Of a stretch of 64,000 nt of DNA, positions 1-9,847 are shown in pieces. The DNA is taken from contig MFEQ01000003.1 in NCBI GenBank assembly GCA_001777665.1, positions 11,258 through 75,257 on the forward strand. Reading direction: 5' to 3'. The stretch's first letter is position 1; the number at the start of each line of letters is the position of its first letter. Under the pieces are notes generated by a model. The model was not told where the DNA came from. It saw only the letters and a list, made by a program, of their open reading frames with translations, and did not search any database. The position numbers and the translations under genes were made by a program. Source of the DNA: Candidatus Doudnabacteria bacterium RIFCSPHIGHO2_02_FULL_42_25. Lineage in GTDB: Bacteria; Patescibacteriota; Doudnabacteria; UBA920; O2-02-FULL-48-8.

Positions 1-195
1 ATGCCGAAGCACAAAGTCGAAGATGCCATGCAACGCAGCCTTCAGAACTCCATGCTTTATTTTTTCCCGATTATTTTGTTTGTTTCAATTCTTGCATTGC
101 CAGCCGGCTTGGCATTATATATAGTAGTAACTACTCTATTTAGTATCGGGCAACAGTATTACATTTTAAGGCAAGAAGCGAAGCAATCTCTATGA
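1..195 (+). CDS. yidC: Membrane protein insertase YidC, C-terminal part (runs off the window edge)
   Basis: LPAGLALYIVVTTLFSIGQQY matches the YidC/Oxa1 C-terminal helices; directly upstream of jag. Confidence 0.85.
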   Translation: MPKHKVEDAMQRSLQNSMLYFFPIILFVSILALPAGLALYIVVTTLFSIGQQYYILRQEAKQSL

Positions 196-680
196 ATGAA
201 ACTCTAAAAAAGATGGTATTGGACTTACTCAAACAGATGGGGTTTGAGGCAGAAGTCTATGAACGACAAGAAGAAGGGCGCACTGTTTTTAATGTCAAAA
301 CTCATGACGCGCAACTTTTGATTGGCAAACAAGGTGCGAATCTGGAAGCCCTGCAACATATGATTCGAATTTTGTTTCGCAAACAAACCCAAGATGACAG
401 GTTTCCATTTGCTATCGACATTGATGACTACAGGGATAAACGAGTGTTGTATCTGAAAGAGTTAGCCAGAAAAGCCGCTCATCATGTCAGACAAACTAGG
501 AAGCCAGTCAGCCTGGAACCCATGCCAGCCTATGAACGACGAGTCGTGCATAGCTATCTTTCGCTTTACAATGATATTGGTTCAGAAAGTGTCGGAGTTG
601 ATCCAAATCGAAAGTTAATCATCAAACCGAAAGCCAAAGAAAAAAATCCCGATGACTTCAACTTTATTGAGAATATGTAG
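192..680 (+). CDS. jag: Jag/EloR (KH + R3H) RNA-binding protein
   Basis: LLIGKQGANLEALQH KH motif; LEPMPAYERRVVH R3H motif; follows yidC. Confidence 0.9.
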   Translation: MNETLKKMVLDLLKQMGFEAEVYERQEEGRTVFNVKTHDAQLLIGKQGANLEALQHMIRILFRKQTQDDRFPFAIDIDDYRDKRVLYLKELARKAAHHVRQTRKPVSLEPMPAYERRVVHSYLSLYNDIGSESVGVDPNRKLIIKPKAKEKNPDDFNFIENM

Positions 681-686
681 CGCTCT

Positions 687-795
687 GTCCATTCCGAGCA
701 AAGCGAGGAATCGCTCCTCCGAGGGTGACCCTCGTAAGAGGGGTCCCTCCGCTCCTGCTTGACTTAGCCCTTACGAGGTCGGTCGGGATGACAGG
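687..795. repeat. Composite palindromic REP-like element containing a copy of the RAYT-flanking palindrome
   Basis: GTCCATTCCGAGC..GAGGAATC...CGGGATGAC ends; internal CGAGGGTGACCCTCG (720-734) is identical to the cores at 47134 and 47779. Confidence 0.65.
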
Positions 796-796
796 A

Positions 797-819
797 CAAG
801 GTCACAAATTGTGACCTTG
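797..819. promoter_or_regulatory. Perfect 23-bp palindrome, candidate operator upstream of the ORF6N gene
   Basis: CAAGGTCACAA-A-TTGTGACCTTG, just upstream of TTGACA (842). Confidence 0.55.
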
Positions 820-911
820 AATTGAATCAGTGTAAAATGTTTTGACAATTTTAGAAGATAGTTTTAAAATTAAAATAAGTCGGAAAGCCGACTTTTTATT
901 TTTATACAATC

Positions 912-1427
912 ATGAAAAATAATTTATTAATTTCTGAGCGAATTGAAAGCAAAATTTATCTTATCCGTGGGAAAAAAGTAATGTTTGATGGTGATTTGGC
1001 CGAGCTTTATGGGGTAGAAACGAAAATGTTGAATCGTGCGGTGAGAAGAAACAGAGATCGTTTTCCTGTCGATTTTATGTTTCAATTAAACCAGAAGGAA
1101 ATCAAGATTTGGGAAAACTTGAGGTTCCAATTTGGCACCTCAAGTTTAGGTCATGGAGGTCGCAGATATCCACCAATGGTCTTTACAGAGCAAGGCATTG
1201 CAATGCTTTCAAGTGTCTTAAACAGCAAGGGAGCAATCCAAGTTAACATCCAAATCATGCGAACGTTTACAAAGCTACGTGAGATGCTGGCAACTAATAG
1301 AGAATTACGAGAAAAAATAGAAAAACTTGAACGCAAGTATGATCAGCGGTTCAAAATTGTCTTTAATGCGATTAGAAATTTGTTATCTACTGAAACCAAA
1401 CCAACGAAAGAGATTGGTTTTAAGTAG
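912..1427 (+). CDS. ORF6N-domain DNA-binding protein
   Basis: IYLIRGKKVMFDGDLAELYGVET..RFPVDFMFQL..FTEQGIAMLSSVLNS. Confidence 0.9.
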   Translation: MKNNLLISERIESKIYLIRGKKVMFDGDLAELYGVETKMLNRAVRRNRDRFPVDFMFQLNQKEIKIWENLRFQFGTSSLGHGGRRYPPMVFTEQGIAMLSSVLNSKGAIQVNIQIMRTFTKLREMLATNRELREKIEKLERKYDQRFKIVFNAIRNLLSTETKPTKEIGFK

Positions 1428-2606
1428 TTATTGTTTTATATAAAATAGACTGATGGCGAACCAAAAGAGTAAGGCTAAGTCGTTTTTGAAATAAGAAGTG
1501 TCGACGAGGCCGTGAATTAAAACAGTTAGAATAAAAATACTCGCAGCGAATTTAATCAGCTGCGGGTGCTTGTCCGCCGAAGCTTTAGCGAAGGCGGATT
1601 TTTGATACTGCTTCAGGGCCAGATTAATTATCCATGCAAAACTTAGGATGCCCAATAATCCTAGCTCCACCCACAGAGCCAAAAATAAATTATGCGGATA
1701 GTTATGAATTTCTCCCGTGTAACCTGCTTCTGCTTGGGTTGTTCGAAATCCATAGAGACCATTACCCAAAAACGGATTATCCAGGATTTTATTGACCCCG
1801 ATCCCCATTAGCTCTAATCTCGCATTGGTCGAGGAATCAGAAATTCCGAGTGTTATTCGATCACGAATCGAGCTGATCAGGAGTAAGGCCAGGACTCCTA
1901 TAACTGCAGGAATTATTATTTTTTTTAAGCCAAATTGATTGATAAGGACGACAAAAATGCTCAAAGCTACGGCCAACCAAGCGCCTCTAGAAAAAGTTAC
2001 GATTAATGCTGTTCCAATAATTAACAATCCAATTCCTGATATCCAAATATTTTTTGTTAATTTATAGCCATTGAGCCAGAGAGTCACAAAAAATGCAAAC
2101 AACGGAGCTAAATATAAACTTAAAGCATTCGGATGAGCAAAAATCGAAACGATGCGACGTGGTTCATCTCCATAGCCCCAGAACTTGGGCAGTAAATGAA
2201 TAAAACTATAATACTGAAAAATTCCAAAAGCAGAAATTAGCACTGTCACCCAGAATAGGGGTTTTATGATAACTGTTATCTGTTTACTGTTAACTGTCAG
2301 AACAATGGCGTAGAAAATTAAAATAGGTTCGATAATAAACGCTCGCAACAACCCAAGAGCTTTAATTGGTTCAGGCGAAAATGCCGTGCTGATAATTCCC
2401 GCAATTACAAAAAGAATTATCGCATAATTTATATTTCCCAAAGATTTTATTTTTTGCTTGATATCTGATAACTGATATCTGATAACTGACCCAACTAAAA
2501 AGCCCACGATCAGAATTTCTAGGAGCGTCGTGGGCAGTGGTCCGATTTGGAATCGGACCAGATAGATTGGAGCAAAAGCTAGGATGAGAGCTAGAAACCA
2601 GACCAT
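1428..2606 (-). CDS. O-antigen ligase (Wzy_C) family membrane protein
   Basis: Multi-TM; RIVSIFAHPNALS, TFSRGAWLA, PFLGNG, YPHNLFL motifs; in-frame palindrome encoding SAFAKASADK. Confidence 0.85.
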   Translation of the reverse strand: MVWFLALILAFAPIYLVRFQIGPLPTTLLEILIVGFLVGSVIRYQLSDIKQKIKSLGNINYAIILFVIAGIISTAFSPEPIKALGLLRAFIIEPILIFYAIVLTVNSKQITVIIKPLFWVTVLISAFGIFQYYSFIHLLPKFWGYGDEPRRIVSIFAHPNALSLYLAPLFAFFVTLWLNGYKLTKNIWISGIGLLIIGTALIVTFSRGAWLAVALSIFVVLINQFGLKKIIIPAVIGVLALLLISSIRDRITLGISDSSTNARLELMGIGVNKILDNPFLGNGLYGFRTTQAEAGYTGEIHNYPHNLFLALWVELGLLGILSFAWIINLALKQYQKSAFAKASADKHPQLIKFAASIFILTVLIHGLVDTSYFKNDLALLFWFAISLFYIKQ

Positions 2607-2608
2607 AG

Positions 2609-5185
2609 TTATGAGCCAGTATTAATATTGATTCTTATTGATTTTTGGATGGAGCCACCATTCGTAAGTCGCACGAGGGCGGTAAGCGTCTGCCACCCAT
2701 TTTTAGCTTGAGTTATTGTAAAGCTATAAGGTGCCGAAGCTTTGCTCCCAATAAATTCACCTTCCAGTATTAAATCCACAGCGATGACCGAGCCATTAGA
2801 AACATTGACCTGGACTGTCATTGGGAGGGAAGTAATTTCTTGATTATCGCTAGGAGTCACGAAGTTAACTGACTGTTCAATGATGAAGTCCGGATTGACA
2901 CTTCCATCATCCAATTCATCTGGTGGATAGGTATAACCGGCTGATTTGGCCCAATAAACAACAGGAGCTTCCCAAGCAGCATTGTTCGGCATTTCTGAAT
3001 GGATGGGTGTGTAGACTCTGGTTTCGACTAGTTCAGGAGGCGTCTGATCAGTAGCTTTTTTCCCGTTTAATTTATTGATTTTCACAGCGACATGGACATC
3101 ATCGAATGTTTGAGGCAATCCAAAGCTGGAAAAAACTTCAGATTTGGTGTTGGGGGTGTATTCAGTGGGCAGTTTACCCGAAATAGTATCGACGAAGACA
3201 TGCTGGATCCCTGATGGTTCTAAGAATTGTTCAGGTGGCATGGATTTGGCTTTCAATGCTTCGCGCATAAATTGATTCCAGATCGGAGCGGCAACGATTA
3301 CCCCATCAGCGCCAGCACGCATTTTTGTATGATCATTGTTCCCAGCCCAGACTCCGGCCACGAGTGAAGGAGTAAACCCAAGAGTCCAACCATCCCGCCA
3401 TTCGTTGGTCGTCCCCGTTTTGGCAGCCACCACTCTGTCTGACAAAATCAGTGGAGACTTCGCCCCAAAGATAAAAGTTCTAGCGTCATTGTCTGTCATG
3501 ACACTGATAGTTTGATAAGCGACTTGCGGATCGATTACCTGCTGCCCTGGATTTTCTTGGTATTCTTCCAAAACTTCACCTTTACTATCCTCAACTCGTA
3601 GAATCGGCGTTTGTTGTTGTTTAACTCCCATGTTCGCAAAAGTTCCCATAGCTGCGACGTGATCTATTAATTTAACTTCACAGCCACCAAGCACCAACGA
3701 TAGACCACAGCGATCAGCGCTGATATCAGAAGTAATCCCCATATCTTTAGCGGTATCGATGGCATCAGATACTCCAACCAAGGCTAAAGTTTTCACTGCG
3801 GGGATGTTAAGGGAGCCTGCGAAGGCTTTACGAATATTTATGACTCCATAGTTGCTGCCATCATAGTTGTTTGGTGAGTAATCTTTCCCACCATAAGTGC
3901 CAAAACTAGTTTTAACATCCACAAGCATCGTGGCTGGGCTCATCCCTTCTTTGAAAGCGGTTGCGTAAATATAAGGTTTGATAGAGGATCCAGGCTGGAG
4001 CTCACTTAGTGCGACGTTGAGCTGACAGTAACCGCAATCTTCTTTAAAGTACTCTCTGGACCCGACCATGGCCAAGATTTGCCCCGTCTTTGGGTCTTGT
4101 GCCACCAATCCCGCATTGGTGGCTTTATTAAACTTTTCGTTGCGTGTTACACCTTCAGATACAGCTTTTTCGGCAATTTGCTGCATATCCCAGTCGAGAG
4201 TTGTGATAACTTTGAGTCCCCCTTCTTCTAGGGCTTTTTCCCCGTATTTTTCCGCGAGCAAATCCACAGTATAGAGCACAAAATGCGGAGCGAGGATCGC
4301 ATCTCTGATTTTACTAAAGACCACAACTTCTTTTTTGGAAACATCTCTTTCTTCAGAGGTGATGTAGCCTTGTTCAGCCATCAAATCCAAGATTCGTTCG
4401 TGACGGGCATCGAGTGCTTCGCGGTGAGGGCCGTTGGGATTATAAAAAGTTGGAGCTTGCGGTAGGGCTGCTAAGTAAGCTGCTTCGGCCAGGGTGATAT
4501 TTTTGGCTTGTTTGTTGAAATAAGTTTGGGCAGCAGCTTCCACGCCATAAGCGTTTTGGCCATATGGGATTTCGTTGAGGTAGAGTTGGAGAATTTCATC
4601 CTTACTAAATTTCTGTCCGATTTCGATGGCCAGTACTGCCTCTTTGATTTTACGGGTAAAAGTTTTTTCCCGAGTTAAAATCGCGTTACGTACAAATTGC
4701 TGGGTAATGGTCGAACCACCTTGGGAGGTACTACCACTGGTGATGTCGACCCAAACCGAACGGACAATTCCTCGCCAGTCCACGCCAGGGTTGCTATAGA
4801 AATTTTTATCTTCAATCGCGATCGAAGCTTGCTTGACATAGTCTGGCAAGTCGTCGAGTTTAATCAAGGTTCGTTTGGCCTCGCCGTGGACTTCATAGAG
4901 TAGGGTGGTGCCATCGCGAGCGTAGATTTTTGTGGATTGCGGGACGATCCGAGCGTTGAGTTTATTTGGATCAGGCAGACTCAACGAAATCATGGCAAAA
5001 GTTAGGCTGCCCAAAAGCAGCATCGCAGCACCAAAGTAAAGACAAGCCATAAAAATTCTTTTTTGCCAGCTTTTTTGTTGACGCAAATGATCCCAAAGAT
5101 ACTTGGGGAGTTTCAAAATAGTAGCCAGAACACCTTTCAGTGTAGGTTTGTTATTTCTGTTCCAATTGGAGTAATAGTATGACAT
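2609..5185 (-). CDS. Class A penicillin-binding protein (transglycosylase/transpeptidase) with C-terminal Ig-like domain
   Basis: EDKNFY, QGGSTITQQF, SSIK (SxxK), SLN, KTGT motifs; start at 5185 assumed. Confidence 0.93.
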   Translation of the reverse strand: MSYYYSNWNRNNKPTLKGVLATILKLPKYLWDHLRQQKSWQKRIFMACLYFGAAMLLLGSLTFAMISLSLPDPNKLNARIVPQSTKIYARDGTTLLYEVHGEAKRTLIKLDDLPDYVKQASIAIEDKNFYSNPGVDWRGIVRSVWVDITSGSTSQGGSTITQQFVRNAILTREKTFTRKIKEAVLAIEIGQKFSKDEILQLYLNEIPYGQNAYGVEAAAQTYFNKQAKNITLAEAAYLAALPQAPTFYNPNGPHREALDARHERILDLMAEQGYITSEERDVSKKEVVVFSKIRDAILAPHFVLYTVDLLAEKYGEKALEEGGLKVITTLDWDMQQIAEKAVSEGVTRNEKFNKATNAGLVAQDPKTGQILAMVGSREYFKEDCGYCQLNVALSELQPGSSIKPYIYATAFKEGMSPATMLVDVKTSFGTYGGKDYSPNNYDGSNYGVINIRKAFAGSLNIPAVKTLALVGVSDAIDTAKDMGITSDISADRCGLSLVLGGCEVKLIDHVAAMGTFANMGVKQQQTPILRVEDSKGEVLEEYQENPGQQVIDPQVAYQTISVMTDNDARTFIFGAKSPLILSDRVVAAKTGTTNEWRDGWTLGFTPSLVAGVWAGNNDHTKMRAGADGVIVAAPIWNQFMREALKAKSMPPEQFLEPSGIQHVFVDTISGKLPTEYTPNTKSEVFSSFGLPQTFDDVHVAVKINKLNGKKATDQTPPELVETRVYTPIHSEMPNNAAWEAPVVYWAKSAGYTYPPDELDDGSVNPDFIIEQSVNFVTPSDNQEITSLPMTVQVNVSNGSVIAVDLILEGEFIGSKASAPYSFTITQAKNGWQTLTALVRLTNGGSIQKSIRININTGS

Positions 5186-5232
5186 GTTAACGCTTTCTAA
5201 TTTTACCAAAAAATTGCTATAATATCCACATT

Positions 5233-6387
5233 ATGACTGAAGAATTATTGACGAGAGGGGTAGCTGAAGTTATTGACAGGAAGCATTTAGAAGAATCATT
5301 GCGATCCGGCAAGAAGCTTCGGGTTAAACTTGGAATCGATCCAACCGGTGCGAAGTTACATTTGGGACATGCTGTAGTCTTACGCATTTTGCGTCGATTC
5401 CAGGATCTGGGACATACTGCAGTTTTGATTATAGGTGATACCACAGCTGCGATAGGTGACCCGTCTGGAAAAAACGAGACTCGACCACAGATGAGTGCTG
5501 AAGAGATTGAAAAAAACTATGCAACTTTTGAAAAGCAAGCTTTAAAGATTTTAGATAAGAAACTGCTCGAAGTACATCGTCAATCTGAATGGTTTGGTAA
5601 GTTTGGGTTAATTGATGTGATCAACGAAGCTTCGAAATTATCTGCTGGCTGGATTACTTCGCACGAAACTTTCCGCAGACGTTTAGCTGAAGGTCAACCT
5701 CTCGCCTTTCATGAACTCCTCTACCCGCTGGTCCAAGCTTATGATTCAGTGGCGATCAAAGCCGATGTCGAATTGGGCGGCATGGATCAGAAATTTAATT
5801 TACTTACCGGAAGAGAATTAATGCGCGCGCATCAGATGTCTCCACAAGACATCGTGCTTTCGAAATATTTGATTGGGACGGATGGTCAGAAGATGGGAAA
5901 ATCTTTGGGTAACTTTATCGCGATAGAAGAAGAACCAAATGAAATGTTTGCCAAAGCCATGACCATCGATGACTCTTTGATTTTGGAATACTTCGAACTG
6001 GCTACCAATGTTTCTATGGATGAAATCCAAGTAATTGCCAAAGAACTGAAAGCCGGAACCAACCCTCGTGATATCAAGATACGATTGAGCATACAACTCG
6101 TAACAGAATACCATGATGAAAAAGCCGCGGAAGTAGCTGCTGCCGAGTGGCAAAAAGTCTTTTCTCAGAAAGAAAAACCAAGTGAGATTGAAGAAGTGAA
6201 AGTGAAATCGAAAAATATCGTGGATGTATTGGTTGAAACAGAATTGGCATCCAGCAAAAGCGAAGCGAAACGATTGATTGAACAAAGTGGAGTGAAAGTC
6301 GATGACCAGATAGCAAATGAAGAAACAGAAATCTCGTCTGGTAACCTCCTCCAAGTCGGCAAACGAAAGTTTATAAGAATAAAGTAG
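5233..6387 (+). CDS. tyrS: Tyrosine--tRNA ligase
   Basis: GIDPTG..HLGH, KMGKS, C-terminal S4 domain. Confidence 0.96.
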   Translation: MTEELLTRGVAEVIDRKHLEESLRSGKKLRVKLGIDPTGAKLHLGHAVVLRILRRFQDLGHTAVLIIGDTTAAIGDPSGKNETRPQMSAEEIEKNYATFEKQALKILDKKLLEVHRQSEWFGKFGLIDVINEASKLSAGWITSHETFRRRLAEGQPLAFHELLYPLVQAYDSVAIKADVELGGMDQKFNLLTGRELMRAHQMSPQDIVLSKYLIGTDGQKMGKSLGNFIAIEEEPNEMFAKAMTIDDSLILEYFELATNVSMDEIQVIAKELKAGTNPRDIKIRLSIQLVTEYHDEKAAEVAAAEWQKVFSQKEKPSEIEEVKVKSKNIVDVLVETELASSKSEAKRLIEQSGVKVDDQIANEETEISSGNLLQVGKRKFIRIK

Positions 6388-6402
6388 CCCTAATATGAAC
6401 CA

Positions 6403-6421
6403 CCCGGGACTTGATCCGGGG
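6403..6421. repeat. REP-like palindrome, CCCGGACTTGATCCGGG family
   Basis: Near-identical copies at 30601-30619 and 45136-45154. Confidence 0.75.
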
Positions 6422-6459
6422 TCTTATTTATGGTAAAGTTCCTGACGTTCGGAGGAACT

Positions 6460-6714
6460 ATGGATTTGGAAGCTGCGGTTAGTGACTTCCTGCAAAAAGT
6501 TGCGGGAAATGTAGATCTGGGTACTCGGCAGAAGATTGCACGGGGTTTTCTGCGGTTCATCGACGACGTCTCGGAGCGATCGCATATACCGAGAGAAGCA
6601 TTCGAACACGCTTCTTTTGTCGAGGGGACCGACGAAAGCGGCAATCTGACTATTGAGACGCGCATCGCGGCACCGAGCAGGAGGTGGGCGGATAGCACGG
6701 AGCCGGGTCCGTAA
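6460..6714 (+). CDS. GC-rich hypothetical protein
   Basis: GGAGGA Shine-Dalgarno before ATG 6460; T-rich stretch after the stop; no recognised motif. Confidence 0.55.
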   Translation: MDLEAAVSDFLQKVAGNVDLGTRQKIARGFLRFIDDVSERSHIPREAFEHASFVEGTDESGNLTIETRIAAPSRRWADSTEPGP

Positions 6715-6804
6715 ACGTTCGCGGTTGGCACCAGTGCCAGCCTTTTTTATTTACTCGACCTATAATTTATTAGGCATTTAAAAAATCCTGACAGAAGTCA
6801 GGAT

Positions 6805-7014
6805 TTAAGCAGTTGGATGGGATTGATGATGCTCTTCGTCGGCGAGCACCCAAAGTACCAGATATGCTATGAGCCCGAGTCCATTGAGGAATATTCCGAG
6901 GACAAATCCGAGACGAACAAGAGTTGGATCAATATTAAAATAGTGAGCTAGTCCACCAGCTACACCTGCGATTTTCCGATTATTTTTGGAGCGATAAAAT
7001 TTTCTCTCATTCAT
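6805..7014 (-). CDS. pspC: PspC domain protein
   Basis: [29 protein letters not shown]. Confidence 0.9.
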   Translation of the reverse strand: MNERKFYRSKNNRKIAGVAGGLAHYFNIDPTLVRLGFVLGIFLNGLGLIAYLVLWVLADEEHHQSHPTA

Positions 7015-7106
7015 AGAATCTTAGTATATATTTTAAAGAGTGCTTTGTAAACTATCATGCCACTGCTGTATCGAACATTGCTCGGCCGAGCAATACAGGA
7101 CATAGA

Positions 7107-7586
7107 TTACTTATTAAATTTTAGTCTTGAAATTCCGCTCCATGCGATGGCTACTGCGTCAGCTGCGTCATCAGGCTTGGGGTTTTTTTTTAGTTTCAAA
7201 ACAGTCTGCATCATACGATGCACTTGAGCTTTGTCTGCTTTACCGTAGCCCGTGGCAGAAATTTTTACTTGTAGTGGGGTAACCTCGATTATTTTCAGTT
7301 TGTGTTCTGCGGCGGTAACCACGATCACTCCTCTGGCTTGGCCGACACTCATAGCAGTTTTCGCATTCGCGGCAAAAAATAATGATTCGATACAGACCGC
7401 ATCTGGTTTATATTTTTTTATAATCGAATCCAAATCTTGCTTGATTTCCAGCAGTCGTTGATACTCTGCGTCACCGACTTTAGTCGTGATGCATCCGACA
7501 ACTTTTAGTACGATATTATTGCCAGTTTGTTCGAGTATGGCATAACCAGTTCGCCCGATGCCTGGATCTATTCCTAGTATCTTCAT
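7107..7586 (-). CDS. ruvC: Holliday junction resolvase RuvC
   Basis: ILGIDPG, GQARGV, PDDAADA. Confidence 0.96.
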   Translation of the reverse strand: MKILGIDPGIGRTGYAILEQTGNNIVLKVVGCITTKVGDAEYQRLLEIKQDLDSIIKKYKPDAVCIESLFFAANAKTAMSVGQARGVIVVTAAEHKLKIIEVTPLQVKISATGYGKADKAQVHRMMQTVLKLKKNPKPDDAADAVAIAWSGISRLKFNK

Positions 7587-8299
7587 AGGTTTACGTTAGA
7601 ATGAATATTAACCACATCGTCATCGTCATTCAGTGCATCGATGAGGGTTTGAACTTTTTGCTTATCTTCCTCAGGAATCTCCACACTCTGTGCTGGGCGC
7701 ATGATTAATTCAGAAGAAAGAATCTTTATTCCTTTGCTTTCTATAAACTTCTTAGTTTTTTCTAAATCTATAGGTAAGGTATAAATTTCTAAGCCTTCTT
7801 CAGTCTCTTTGACATCTTCCACTCCTTGATCTATTAGCTCTAGTGGTAAATCTTCGATTCCTTTTTGATGGGCCACCAGGATTTCCCCTTTGGATTCAAA
7901 CATCCAAGCGACTGATCCTTGTTCCCCCATCCGGCCATGGTTTTTGGTAAAGATTGTCCGGATATTTTGAGTAGTCCGATTAGTATTATCAGTAACTCCT
8001 TCTACAATAAAAGCTGAACCAGCTGGACCATAACCTTCTACTGTGACCTTGGAAATAGCGTCTTTTCCTTCACCTGTTCCTTTTTTTACAGCACGTTCGA
8101 TGTTGTCCTTCGGCATCCCCGCTTCTTTGGCTCGATCTATCGCCATGCGGAGTTTGAAATTAAATTCTGGATCAGGACCGCCTCCAGTTTTGACCGCAAT
8201 ACTAATGTTGCGACCGAGTTTGGTAAAAACACCACCGCGTTTCGCATCGATGATGGCTTTCGATCTTTTAATTTGCGCCCATTTCGAATGTCCAGACAT
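7583..8299 (-). CDS. yebC: YebC/PmpR family protein
   Basis: MSGHSKWAQIKRSK, EGYGP, TDNTNRT. Confidence 0.96.
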   Translation of the reverse strand: MSGHSKWAQIKRSKAIIDAKRGGVFTKLGRNISIAVKTGGGPDPEFNFKLRMAIDRAKEAGMPKDNIERAVKKGTGEGKDAISKVTVEGYGPAGSAFIVEGVTDNTNRTTQNIRTIFTKNHGRMGEQGSVAWMFESKGEILVAHQKGIEDLPLELIDQGVEDVKETEEGLEIYTLPIDLEKTKKFIESKGIKILSSELIMRPAQSVEIPEEDKQKVQTLIDALNDDDDVVNIHSNVNL

Positions 8300-8313
8300 G
8301 AGAATAAGATTGT

Positions 8314-8559
8314 TTATTTAGGATGTTCACGTAGGCTGTGAAGATAATAAGTATGATCCTCGATGGTAAAATAAAAGCGCCAGGAGCGAGTAACCCTGGC
8401 TTGCCAAAGATTAATTGTTTTATTAAATTTTTTAGCGCGTAGCGATGGATGTCGAAGGTTAGTAAGCAACAGGCGTTGTTGCTTATCGAATGCTTTTTGG
8501 ACTTCGGCCGGAGCAGTCGCATACTGTTTTTCAAATCTGGCTGAATGGATGACCTGCAT
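8314..8559 (-). CDS. RelE/ParE-like type II toxin
   Basis: 81 aa basic protein; HPSLRAKK..WQARVTRSWRFYF; coupled to the AbrB-like gene. Confidence 0.8.
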   Translation of the reverse strand: MQVIHSARFEKQYATAPAEVQKAFDKQQRLLLTNLRHPSLRAKKFNKTINLWQARVTRSWRFYFTIEDHTYYLHSLREHPK

Positions 8560-8864
8560 TATTTTTTTATCTGGTGAGTGCGAGCGGCTTTGTGAAGGGA
8601 TCGAGCCGCTTTGTCAGCAGTATCAAATGGGCCAGAAAAGCGTCCGTTTCTGATATCTTCCATGCTCGCTTGTACATCTTCCAGGATTTTTTTATCAATC
8701 AGGGTTTTTGGTTTGAATATTACTACGCCCTTGGATAATTCTACCTGTAAGTAGTCTCCTGGCTGTAATCCTAAAGCATCATGAATACGCTTTGGAATTA
8801 CCACCTGACGACTCGCCCCAATTTTTACTGCTGAACTTAAATTTTCTTTGACTTGTATTTTCAT
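8559..8864 (-). CDS. AbrB/MazE/SpoVT family antitoxin
   Basis: KIGASRQVVIPKRIHDALGLQPGDYL. Confidence 0.85.
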   Translation of the reverse strand: MKIQVKENLSSAVKIGASRQVVIPKRIHDALGLQPGDYLQVELSKGVVIFKPKTLIDKKILEDVQASMEDIRNGRFSGPFDTADKAARSLHKAARTHQIKK

Positions 8865-8896
8865 ATATTCATATTACTATAAAATTATCACCAATG

Positions 8897-9652
8897 TCAA
8901 CTATACTCTTTTACTACTTTCTCATAAGGCTCGGCTTGTGTCCAGGCCATGTTGAATAATGTTTTGAGAGATTGATAAATGGTTTTGCTTTGGATAACCA
9001 CGGCAAAGATGTGTGGTTCGTAAGAGAAAAATGCAACGTTACCGTCGTAGAGAGCATTATCAGTTAAGAACTCTTCATCCTTTTTAGAAAATCTTTGCTG
9101 GTAGAACTCGCTTTGAGGGACTGTCTTCGCATAGCCGATGTCAGCTTCGTTTTGAGTTAGTATTTCTCTGGTCTTAATTTCTTTTCTCTGCGTTTTTGCT
9201 ATTAGCTGAGAAGTGTATTCAGGATAGACATTTAAGAAATCTCGAATCGTCGCGAACCAATCCACTTCTTTTGATTCTAGAATTTTGTCATATAGATCTT
9301 TGACAGCCTGCCTGCCCTCGTAAAGAAGGACTTGGGGTTTATTTTTTGGTTCGTTATACACTGCTAATAAATTTGGTAGAAATCGTTTCATCAATTCTTG
9401 TTTTCGATTCAGGTCCGAAATAATTTTGTCCGGAGATTCTGGCATGTAAAGTATTTTTTTTGAACGTGGGACCAGTGTCGCTAACCCCTTTTTTTGTAAA
9501 TCATCCAGAATCAAATAAGTAGTAGGTCTTTTAGTCCCTGCTTTATGTGCAATAGCCTCAACTGAAGCAGTGCCCAACTCTAATAGAGCCATGTAAACGA
9601 TGGCTTCTTTTTGGTTTAAACCGGTTTTTTCAAGGATTTCTGGGATTTCCAT
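8897..9652 (-). CDS. TrmB-family transcriptional regulator
   Basis: GLNQKEAIVYMALLELG..RPTTYLILDDLQKKGL wHTH, plus a C-terminal effector domain. Confidence 0.85.
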   Translation of the reverse strand: MEIPEILEKTGLNQKEAIVYMALLELGTASVEAIAHKAGTKRPTTYLILDDLQKKGLATLVPRSKKILYMPESPDKIISDLNRKQELMKRFLPNLLAVYNEPKNKPQVLLYEGRQAVKDLYDKILESKEVDWFATIRDFLNVYPEYTSQLIAKTQRKEIKTREILTQNEADIGYAKTVPQSEFYQQRFSKKDEEFLTDNALYDGNVAFFSYEPHIFAVVIQSKTIYQSLKTLFNMAWTQAEPYEKVVKEYS

Positions 9653-9847
9653 ATATATTAGTATATATTAAAATCCGTAAATTGTCAATATTTCTGACAA
9701 CATATCACTAAATATCAAATATTACTTTATCTAAGCCAAAATTTGGCCATTATTTAAGTCAGTTTGATTGACTAGGAACCGAATATATGATATTATTTCC
9801 GGTTATGCTAGATAACCTAGCTAACATTTCAAAGCCCAAAGGAGGGC

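Noticed and set aside
8314-8864. AbrB-RelE pair as a novel system
   Set aside because: Ordinary type II toxin-antitoxin arrangement
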